The notes under the pieces: model-generated
Databases searched by the model: none
Told to the model about the DNA's origin: nothing
What the model saw: the letters and a program-made list of their open reading frames with translations, nothing else
NCBI GenBank assembly: GCA_051313645.2
Contig: JBNRSN020000025.1
Span: 69,688,001-69,752,000, forward strand
Direction of reading: 5' to 3'
Length of the DNA stretch: 64,000 nucleotides
Source of the DNA: Centroscyllium fabricii
Lineage: Eukaryota
Translations under genes and position numbers: made by a program
In this document: one piece after another, positions 11,815-22,474 of the stretch
Layout of the letters: every line of letters starts with the position of its first letter
Position numbering within the stretch: position 1 is the stretch's first letter

Positions 11815-14800
11815 TACAGAAGCTTTTGGAGGGGGAGGGCGAACAGCCAGTTGTCGTGGTGCACATAGGCACCAACGATATAGGTAAAAAACGGGATAGG
11901 TCCTAAAAGAAGAATATAGGGAGTTAGGAGGTAAATTTAAAAATAGGACCTCAACGGTAGTAATCTCAGGATTGCTACCAGTGCCACGTGCTAGTCAGAG
12001 TAGAAATAGGAGGATATTACAAATGAATATGTGGCAAGAGGAATGGTGCCAGGGGGAGAGATTCAAATTCCTTGCACATTGGAACCGGTTCTGGGGGAGG
12101 TGGGACCAGTACAAACGGGATGGTCTGCACCAAGGCAGGGCCGGGACCGATGTCCTAGGGGGGAGTGTTTGCTAGTGCTGTTGGGGAGGATTTAAACTAA
12201 AGCGGCAGGGGGTTGGGAACCTGAGCAGGGAGACGGGAACCTGAGCAGGGAGACAGAAGAGAGGGAAACAAGAATAAAAGCAAAAGACAGAAAGGAGACA
12301 AGCAAAATTAGAAGGCAGAGAAATCAAAGGGTTAAATCAAACATGGTCACAGGAGATAATAATTCATATAGGTCTGAGAGCGTGGAAAGAACAAGCCTGA
12401 AGGCTTTGCGTCTTATTGCAAGGAGCATTCAGAACAACACAGATGAATTAGCTGCGGAAATAGAGGTAAACAAAGACGATTTGATTGGGATTACTGAAAC
12501 ATGGCTCCAGGGTGGCCAAGGCTGGGAACTCAATATCCAGGGGTATTCAATATTTAGGAAGGATAGGCAAAAAAGGGAGGGAGGTGGGGTAGCATTGCTG
12601 GTTAAAGAGGGGATTAACACAATTGAAAGGAAGGATATTAACTCTGATGATGCGGAATTTGTATGGGTAGTAGGAAGGGGCAGAAAACGTTAGTGGGAGT
12701 GGTATATAGACCTCCAAACAGTAATACGGAGGTTGGGGAAGGCATTAAAAGGGAAATTAGAGAAGCATGCAGTAAGGGCACAGTTGTCATCATGGGTGAC
12801 TAATTTACATATAGATTGGGCTAGTCAAATTAGTAAAAATACTGAGGAGGAGGAATTCATTGAGTGTATACGAGACGGTTTCCTGGACCAATATGTCGAG
12901 GAACCAACTCGGGATCAGGCCATCTTAGACTGGGTATCATGCAATGAGAAAGGATTAATTAGCAATCTTGTTGTGCGAGGCCCCTTGGGTCAGAGTGATC
13001 ATAATATGATCGAATTCTCACTTAAGATGGAGAGTGAAGCAATTGACTCAGAGACTAAGGTCCTGAATTTAAGTAAAGGGAACTGTGATACTTAAGAGGG
13101 GGAAAATAGATTATGAAAGTAAGCCTGCAGCGAACATAAAAACTGACTATAAAAGCTTTTATAGATATATTAAGAGGAAAATATTGGTGAAATCAAGCGT
13201 CGGTCCCTTGCAGTCCGAATCAGGGGAATATATAATGGGGAACAAGGAAATGGCAGACCAATTAAATACATATTTTGGTTCTGTCTTCACAAAGGAGGAC
13301 ACAAATAACCTCCCAGAGATGTCGGGAAACATAGGGACTAATGAGAGGGAGGAACTGATAGAAATCAGTATTTGTAGGGATATGGTGTTGGGGAAGTTGA
13401 AGGGATTATAGGCCGACAAATCCCCAGGGCCTGATAATCTACATCCTAGGGTACTTAAGGAAGTGGCCCTGGAGATAGCAGATGCATTGCTGATCATCTT
13501 CCAGAACTCGACAGACTCTGAAACAGTACCCATGGATTGGAGGGTGGCTAATGTTCCCCCTCTATTCAAAAAAGGGGGTAGAGAAAAAGCGGGGAATTAT
13601 AGACCAGTAAGCCTGACATCAGTAGTGGGGAAAATGCTAGAGTCCATTATTAAAGATGTAATAGCAGTACACTTGAAAAACAGTGACGGGATCGGACAGA
13701 GTCAACATGGATTTACAAAAGGTAAATCGTGCTTGACTAATCGACTGGAATTTTTTGAGGATGTTACTGGTAAAATAGATAGGGGAGAACTAGTAGACGT
13801 GGTGTATTTGGACTTTCAGAAAGCTTTCGACAAGGTCCCTCATAAGAGATTAGCGTGCAAAATTAAGGTTCATGGGATTGGGGGCAAGGTATTGACTTGG
13901 AGAGAGAACTGGTTGGCAGATAGAAAACAGAGTTGGAATAAATGGGTCGTTTTCCGAGTGGCGGGCAGTGACTAGTGGGGTACCGCAAGGATCAATCCTA
14001 GGACCCCAGCTGTTCACAATATATATTAATGATCTGGACGAGGGAATTGGATGTAATATCTCCAAATTTGCAGATGACACAAAGCTGGGTGGGAGGGTAT
14101 GCTGTGAGAAGGATGTTGAGAAACTCCAATGCAATTTGGACAGATTGGGCAGATACATGGCAAATGCACTATAATGTGGATAAATGTGAGATTATCCACT
14201 TTGGTGGCAAAAACAGGAGGGCAGATTATTATTTGAATGGCAATAGATTGGGAGATGGGGAAGTGCAAAGAGACCTGGGTGTTCTTGTGCACCAGTCACT
14301 GAAGGTAAGCATGCAGGTGCAACAGGCGGTAAAGAAGGCAAATGGTATGTTGGCCTTCGTAGCAAGAGGGTTCGAATAGAAGAACAAGGATGTCTTGCTG
14401 CAGCTCTACAGGACCTTGGTGAGACGACACTTTGAGTATTGTGTGCAGTTCTGGTCGCCTCATCTGAGGAAGGATGTTCTTGCCATTGAAGGAGTGCAGC
14501 AAAGATTCACCAGGCTGATACCTGGGATGGCAGGAATGACGTATGGAGAGAGATTGAGTTGATTGGGCTTATACTCACTGGAGTTCAGACGATTGAGAGG
14601 GGATCTCATCGAAACCTGTAAAATTTTGTCAGGCCTGGACAGACTGGAGGCAGGAATGATGTTCCCGATGGTCAGGAAGTCCAGAACCAGGGGCCATAGT
14701 CTGAGGATAAGGGGAAAGCCATTTAGGACTGAGATGAGAGAGAACTTCTTCACCCAGAGAGTGGTGAACCTGTGGAATTCTCTGCCAGAGGGTGGCGGAG

Positions 14801-14968
14801 GCCGGTTCATTAAATATATTCAAGAAAGAGTTGGATATATTTCTTCAGGCTGAAGGGATCAAGGGATACGGGGAGAAGGCAGGGACAGGGCACTGAATCT
14901 GAAAGAGATCTAATTGAATGGCGGAGCAGGCTCGAAGGGCCGAATGGCCTACTCCTATCTTCTATGTT
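11815..14968 (+). mobile_element. CR1 LINE with ORF1 esterase-domain remnant, APE endonuclease, RT and 3' tail; internally deleted and frameshifted
   Basis: ORF1 LLPVPRAS..WGRWDQYKRDGLH. APE DLIGITETWL..GGGVALLVK, SDHNMIEF. RT YLDFQKAFDKVPH, GVPQGSILGPQLF, SKFADDTKL. Tail gccgaatggcctactcct. Confidence 0.92.
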
Positions 14969-15254
14969 TAAAGGTCATGGCTATGGCTGCAACTTTAACA
15001 AAATTAGATGTCACTGTAAAATGATCAGACGTCACACATTCACAAAACTACAGCTGCGTAGGGCTTAGACAACCGAAGGCACAGTCTCCAATGGTGGGGC
15101 GAAGAGCAGGGTGGATGCACAAAGAGAAACAGCAGTTCTTGAAAGGTTGTAAAAAATGAACTCACTGTATGATATGGATTTACATTCTGAAAACACTCAA
15201 AAGAGCCTGTACTTTCTTAAAGGTGATACTGCTGTACAATATGCTTCCCTGCAT

Positions 15255-15715
15255 TCAACAACTTGCATTTACACAGCACCTTTAACATAGGAAAAGATCT
15301 CAAGGTGCTTCAGGGGAACGTAATAGCATAAATTGATACCAAGCCAAAGATATCATATTAGGTGGGGTGACTAAAAGCTTGGACAAAGAGGTAGGTTTTA
15401 AGGAGGGCCTTAAAGGAAAGGTTTAGTGAGGGAATTACAGAGCTGAGGGCCTGTACAGCTGAAGGCACAGCCGTCAATGGTGGGGCAAAGGGAATGGTGG
15501 ATGCACAAGAGGCCAGAGTTGCAGGAAGGTAGAGTTATTGAAGGGTTGTAGGGCTGAAGGTTGTTAAAGATAGAGGAGCAAAGGCCATGGAAAGATTTGA
15601 ATACGAGGATGAGAATGTTAAATTTAAGGCATTGGTGGACCAAAAGCCACATTGGTCAGTAAGCACAGGGGTAATGGGTGCACAGGATTTGATGCAGGTA
15701 AGGTGAGCCACATTC
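15255..15715 (-). mobile_element. L2-type LINE 3' fragment
   Basis: Minus-strand translation WLLVHQCLKFNILILVFKSFHGL...AFSCTGPQLCNSL resembles the L2 ORF2 C-terminus. Tail ...aaatgcaagtt. Confidence 0.6.
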
Positions 15716-15786
15716 CAAAGTCCCACAATAAAGGTGAGTTAATATACCACAGATTATGGTAATTAGCCACAGGATTTATTTTTCTG

Positions 15787-16245
15787 TCAGCTGTGGCTCA
15801 GTGGGTTGTACCTTCACCTGAGTCAGAAGGTTGCGGCTTCAAGTCCCACTCCAGAGACTTGAGCACAAAAACTAGGCCAATACTCCAGTGCAATACTGAG
15901 GAAGTGCTGCACTGTCGGAGGTGCCGTCTTTCAGAGGAGACATTAAACCGAGGCCCTGTCTGCCCTCTCCGGTGGACATAAAAAATCCTATGGCCCTATT
16001 TTGAAGAGGAGCAGGGGGGTTAGCCACGGTATCCTGGCCAATATTTATCGCTCAATCAACATCACTAAAACAGATTATCTGGTCATTATCTCATTGCTGT
16101 TTGTGGGACCTTGCTGTGCGAAAATTGGCTGCTGCGTTTCCTACATTACAACAGTGACTACACGTCAAAAAGTACTTAACTGGCTGCAAAGCGCTTTGGG
16201 ACGTCCGGTGGTTGTGAAAGGTGCTATATAAATGCAAGTCTTTAT
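15787..16245 (+). mobile_element. Deu-domain SINE (SacSINE1/AmnSINE-like)
   Basis: tRNA-like head, Deu core gtgctgcactgtcggaggtgccgtcttt...taaaccgaggccctgtctgccctctc, and L2-type tail aaagcgctttggg...gctatataaatgcaagt. Confidence 0.8.
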
Positions 16246-16318
16246 TTCTTTTTTTCCAACAATTTCTTAAGCACTCTTTGGAGGTACTACTTCATCTAGT
16301 AAAAAGTCATATGCTATA

Positions 16319-16589
16319 CAGGTCCAGCACCGTTAATCCAGACACCGTTAATCGAGAAACTTCAGTCGTCCGGCACGAATCCGGCCTCTCCCCGACTGGT
16401 CTGTGCATGCGCAGCGGCCATTTTGAATGGCTGCACATGTGCGGCGGCCATTTTGAATGGTTTGCACATGTGCGGCGGCCATTTTGAATGGTCTGCGCAT
16501 GTGCTCGCCAAAGCTTCAGTCGTTCGGATTTTTCACTAGTCCAGCACTGGCCTAGTCCCGACGGTGCCGGATTAACGGTGTCGGACCTG
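16319..16589. mobile_element. TA-target MITE (copy 3, short CAGGTCC subfamily)
   Basis: ta|CAGGTCCAGCACCGTTAATCC...GGATTAACGGTGTCGGACCTG|ta. Three tandem gcggccattttgaatgg units. Reverse homolog of 36244-37039. Confidence 0.8.
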
Positions 16590-17346
16590 TACCATAAAAC
16601 TGCCAGTCCACATGCCTGGCCAGAATGAAGGCCTTACTCCAAAGCATCAATTGCTAGAAGAAAACTTTTTTAAATTCTAAAAGACTTTTGCATACTTATT
16701 AACTAACCCCTTTGAAGCGCAGTAGCAAATGCAAAGGTGAGCAAGAACTGACGTGTACAAAATCAGCCAAGAAGAGGGTTGGGCTTTCAGCAGACATGAC
16801 AGCAAACATTTGGCAACTCTGTTTGAATTGATATTTGATCAATTTGAAGCACACTCCATCGATGTCTGATCATTATGTTCACAGGACTCAGCACGACTAC
16901 TTCAATGTCTTGCACAACTAAACATTTTGAATTCCATGATTTAAAAACTGTATTTAAGTTCATACTTGCAGTAGTCTTCATTCAAGAATATCATGTCACA
17001 AAGCACAATTCATACCACTATCAGTACAAGGACTTACTTCAACACTTGAAATAAACGTGCAACATTAGTTTAAAATAAACCGATGCTTTCTCTACTGCAC
17101 AGCAAAGGTTGTGATAAAGCATTTAACATTAGGATATTCAATTTTCATTGTGCAACAGGTTGAACTACCAGCAAAACTGCCACTTCTCCATGCATAAGTC
17201 AGTCAATTACAGAACTTGTCCCCAGAAATGTAAACAGACACTTGTGTAAAGGTGCACAGGAGTAGTGCTAAAGTTAAATTATACGATTTTTGTTTTATTA
17301 TGCAATAAATACTTAATTCTGCTTTTGAGCTTTGTTAGTTCCATAC

Positions 17347-17385
17347 CTGCTTTCAGTTTTGTAATAGCAGCTTCAGTTCGCCCCA
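17347..17385 (-). CDS. EIF4G3: Candidate 39-nt in-frame cassette exon of EIF4G3 (VGRTEAAITKLKA)
   Basis: Acceptor tttctatttatttcag| and donor GCAG|gtatgg. Symmetric phase 1, with no stop in the host frame. Confidence 0.5.
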
Positions 17386-18792
17386 CTGAAATAAATAGAA
17401 ACATTTTATGGCGTGTACCATGCCCGAACCTGTAATTCTATGAAATGCTACCTTGTATTTGATTGAAGTTTACTGGCCCCTCTATAAAAAGCATTGCGTA
17501 TAGAACCCCAGAAGTTTAAAACAGGGTCAGTTAAAATTACTTCAATTAAACCAAACTTTCAAAGAATAACTTCACACCTAGTTTAGTGACTTAAATATGA
17601 ATCTGTTCACTTGCTCTTCACTCTTGTATGCACGTGGTGAAAGTTAACCAAAACATTCATTAAAATGTTTTTACCCCCCAAGAAACATAAACAGTACATT
17701 TCACTTGTAGAATGATAAAATTAACTGTATGCAGTACAACATTGAAGACAATCAAACACCAATTACTAAAACATACATATAATTCTTCTCTCCTCCACAA
17801 CCACCCCTGCCTCAATGCGGCAAATTGCCAGTTTGAGTACATATTACTATTCTTAATTCAAGGTTGCTTTATTAAATTACCTGACAATTCAATTTTTTTT
17901 ACATTGCATTATGCACATTGCTCAATTCAAATTACTGGATAACCCAATTTGAAAGTAAAAATTATATTCAAATCATAAGTACATTGTAAACTCAAGCAAC
18001 TCACTCAAACAGGAGTCGATTGCAAACAAAATACAAGCCAGTTCATTCAAGCCAATTGAATCATGTTAATGCCACACAGCCCCTACTCTCTTCCCTGTCC
18101 TCTGCCAATATTATCGACCTTTCTATTATGAGATGGGCAACACGGAGGAATATCAAGATACTGATTCCCTCAAACTAGCCTATATTTAAAATGAGAGAAA
18201 TGCAGAAGTTCTTCCAATATTAAACACATCACTAAATTATATAATCTTGGACCAAAGCAGCTGCCAAAACAAATTTTCTACAATCTCTAAATCCAATTCA
18301 AAATTTGCTGGAGGTAAATTTTATTTTGATTACAATCTTTGCAGTAAAACTATGACAATATTAAATTGCCCGCCATAGAATTCAACTGCCATATAAAAAA
18401 CAATTGCCATCTCACCTGGTTTGAGCCGGAGGTGGGGAGTGGGAATAACTGGGGACACTGCCCCTTTAAGAAATTCACACTGTACTGCCATTATCTTGGC
18501 TCAGGTGATTTTTCCCATTCCACTGTATACAAGGCCTTGTTGTGCCACACATCATACTTACTTGACCAGAGTGGGCTCTATAATGTTTAATAACATGTCC
18601 CACACCGGTTGTAAGTTTTTTTTTAGGTTTACAATGATGTGATAAAATCCTGTCTGCTGGAAACGTTGCAGGAAGGAGCTCTTACCAATCACGCTCTCAA
18701 ATGGGGCAAAGTCTGAGGAGATCTGTCTTCACAGACAGCTATTCCATAAACATGGGAACAAACATGAGGCAATGGGACTATATTGTGCTGGT

Positions 18793-18961
18793 CAATGTTC
18801 CCTGTAAGCTGTGTTTTGTTCTGCGTGGCCTGCTTCTTTCAATGCGCGGTCCCTCTAAGTTTCTGCGCACGTGCGGGACTTCCAATGTAAAAGCTCGTGA
18901 GCGGCCTGCGCGGGGCCTTGCAGGTTACTGCGTGCACTCACACAGCTTAGAGGGAACACTG
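18793..18961. mobile_element. Short hAT MITE
   Basis: TIRs CAATGTTCCCTGTAAGCTG...CAGCTTAGAGGGAACACTG. Perfect 8-bp TSD GTGCTGGT. Confidence 0.8.
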
Positions 18962-19571
18962 GTGCTGGTAATGCACTCCCTTCTATATTAAACCTCTCTG
19001 TGAAAACTGATTGATGGTTGAAGCTAGTCCTCTGGGGGCCACTGCCTGGGTCATGTGAGAGTTACCATCCTTGCAATTCTCCTCTGAAATGATGGGCATA
19101 CCCTTCTCTGATTCTTTCTGCTAATCATACGATGATAGTAACTCTTAACAGGTACAACTACCTTACCAAGGACTGAAGAAACCCAACTAAGTTTACTACC
19201 TGCTTACAGAAACATATAATTATAAAAAATGTACGTCAGGCATCATGGGAACTAGTCAATGCAAAGTCTTGAAAGTGACGGGCACAAAGCTTCTTTCATC
19301 TGGAATGTAAATTAAGCGAAATTCATAAGGCAAACTGAAGATTACACTTTTAAGAAAAACTTCAGTCTAACCCTAACAAAAGACTTCACATGGGCATCTT
19401 TTAACTGCAATCTACCTGACTGAAATACATGATCTTCAAAATGAAATAAAGTGCTCTTTTCATCCATTCCCCCACCGGACGATCAGCTCGCAAAAACCAA
19501 CATAGCTATACCTCCCCTAGTTACCAGTCAAAACATTGCAACAGTATATACCAGAGAAGAACTGAACAAAC

Positions 19572-19659
19572 CTTGCTTGAAGTCCACACTTGGTGCCATG
19601 TGAGCATTTTCCACAGTTCCAAAAACTGGTCCATGATCTGCAACCTGACTGGGCAGCTG
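19572..19659 (-). CDS. EIF4G3: EIF4G3 exon (QLPSQVADHGPVFGTVENAHMAPSVDFKQ)
   Basis: Acceptor cccag|CAG (NAGNAG) and donor CAAG|gtttgt. 88 nt, phase 0 to 1. Matches human QLPSQVPEHSPVVYGTVESAH. Confidence 0.9.
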
Positions 19660-20853
19660 CTGGGATTTGAGGTACAACAGGTGAGGATAATGAGGGTGCG
19701 GACACAAAAACTAGCACATGGAACACGCAACAGAGAGGAAAATAAGCAAAAAGGTTTTCCATAAAATTCCACAGTAGGACAATAAGTTTAGGAACAAAAA
19801 GCAAAACCAAAAAGAAGAGATGGAGTAAGCAGGAATGAGAAGGAAAAGAAAACAGGATTACCATTAACAGCAAGGATAGACAACAGACAGAACTCGAATA
19901 CATTCTCTGTGTTCCCTCTAAGAGTCCTTTTTCATCGATTGAGGACTGGCCAATTTCTCGCAATAAAACAAGTTCTATTTATCGTTTTCCCTCCCTTTCA
20001 TTAACCCTTTCTGGAAAGTCTGAGCCAGATGGTCGCTGACGACATCAGTTTATTGCTGATCATTCGTGAAGGTTTTCGATCGAAAAACATTGTAGCAGAA
20101 GCATAACCAGAAAGTAAATTTAACGATTTCTGAGAGTAATTTTTTTTAAAAAGACAAGCAGTTAACTTATATGTTAATTTTAAAGAGTTTGGTTGTTAAT
20201 AACTTTAATTTTATAGTCATTATACACTAATGCCTGTATCTCTAAATACTAGCACTCATTCTGGTTCGTTGATTCTGAATAGATTTAATTGACCTAATTT
20301 TTACAAATTGGTCAACAGATCAATAAAATACTACAGCTTCATTTTTTGAGTTGGTGAATTAGGGGAGTAACAAATCAAGTATTCAGCTGTTTTACTCTTT
20401 ACATATATTAAAATAACACTGCTTTTTACAGGTGACAGTAGACAGCACTCTCTAATCCGATTTAAAATTTACTAAAAATATACTTGTCAATTTCTGAGAT
20501 CTGCTCACAAGCCTCTACCAATATAACTGTCAGGAAAATGGCCAACTATCATAACAGGGAGGGGGGGGGTGGAAAGAGAGAGAGAGAACCGGGAAGAGAA
20601 AGAGAAAGGGGCAGCTTCTTTTTCTGCGCCAACCTTCATTTTTCACTTCCCCACAAGAGAGATTTAAAGACTAAGTCTGTAAAATTAAAGAACATGAACT
20701 GGTAGCTCATTACTTCCTGGGCCAGTTCTTGGAGCTCCATCACTGCACCTCTACCACGTAGCCAAGACCACCATTTTCAATTTATACCGCTCCGTGACAC
20801 ACAGCAGAATCGAGTGCGAGTTCCACCCGACCCGTGGGCCGAACATCAACTGG

Positions 20854-20999
20854 CAGGTACCGGCGAGCGCATGTGCAGAGCATTGAAAATTTTGCGTCGG
20901 CCATTTTGAATGTTCTGCGCATGCGCCGCCGTGACTTCAATAATTCGCCGTTTTCAACAATCTGGTCCCGGCCCTGCCGGATTAATGAACTTCAACCTG
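20854..20999. mobile_element. Partial TA-target MITE (copy 4, one arm)
   Basis: ...GCCGGATTAATGAACTTCAACCTG|ta, with gccattttgaa and gcgcatgcgc motifs. Left boundary approximate. Confidence 0.65.
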
Positions 21000-22474
21000 T
21001 AGTTGTACATACCAACCAACCATTGAGTCTCGTCAAATCACTCTAGCTGACAAGGATGGGCCATGATTGCAACCCTATTGAGATATGATACAGCAAAAAA
21101 AAAATTAAGTACTCTCTATAGCAAGGAGGATATATTCAGATCTAAAAATAACTACTCTTTTAAACAGGTAATATGAACAGAAACAAATGGTAAGAAAGGG
21201 AACACTGACATGCAAGTGTATTGGTTTAGAAGATCAGAGAACGTTGAGGCCCACCTGGTCACTCTAGGAGCAGAGGATCAAACTCACAACCAGCGGGTCA
21301 AAGTTTGAACAGCTTCAAATCGTATGGACGCTCATTAGTAAAGTTGTTTTAGTTGTTTAAAGAGTGCTGGATGAAGCATTTCATTCCAACAAGGAAACGC
21401 TAAAGGGCAGTCTCATCCTGCAAATACTACTACACCATCTCTTATCCAACAAAAGAGCACTGATGACTGAGACACATCTGTGGTCCAAAGTTGGTGGCAA
21501 TACTGGGCAAACTATTGCAAAACATTGTTTTTTATATTTAAGACAACTACAACAGGCGATTGAAATACTCCAGTTATTCCGGCAGCAACCTGAACATTGG
21601 ATGCATTAAATTGCAATTAGGTCTACCGAATTACATAGGACTTCCACTGCCAAAGGGTACCACCTGGATGAAAACGCTTCATATACATAACTAAAAGCCG
21701 ACAAAAATCAGGCCCTGGCACTAAAATTCATCTGTTCACAATTATTGATGTGAAATGATTCTTTTTTTTTTTTTTTTTAATTCATTTGTAATCGGAATTT
21801 ATCTTAGAGGGAACATGATACATCATACACATTAGAAGACAGACAAGTATTTAAAGTTCAGTACAACATGAAACACAGACAACACTTCAAACAAGATGTG
21901 CAAGCATACATTTCAGAAAGTTTTACTTCAGCAAATCTTCACATTTTATTTTAAATCTCAATAATTACATTGTACAGCAGCTATAATATGCAATATCAAA
22001 CTGTGGTAATTCAGTTTAATTCAGAACTAGAGTAAGCACGCGTGTTGTGTTTACATTGTGGGTTTGTATCCTTTCCATTTTGTACCACTTTACTGCACCA
22101 GATAAATGAGGGAACTGACGACCATATGAAGTCATTACATGTCACATGGCCACCGCGAGCTACATTCATTTTGGAACCGATAGTCAAGCTCCCCCGGCAG
22201 GATTTGGTTAGTTTACTTATTTGCATTTCGAGAACACAAACCAGAACAAAACAAAAATGGTGCATAAAATGTGTAAAATTAGATGGCAATGAAGTTCAAA
22301 ACTTAAACTCAAAGTTAAATGCATAATCACTCAGGTGCTTTTGAAACTCTGAATACGCAGATGCTATATTACCAGTTCTACTCAATGTAAATTTGTGAAA
22401 GAATTTATAAAGATTTTAAAACGAGGAAAAAAATTGTCACATTTGCTTTCAACTTAGGCCTTGAGTTTTAAGTA

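Noticed and set aside
11815-14968. Active reverse transcriptase gene or novel RT system
   Set aside because: Ordinary CR1 LINE with multiple frameshifts, stops and an internal deletion near 13085. The other RT fragments are similarly decayed.
20020-20140. Intronic C/D-box snoRNA
   Set aside because: No canonical RTGATGA...CTGA pair with a terminal stem on the transcribed strand.
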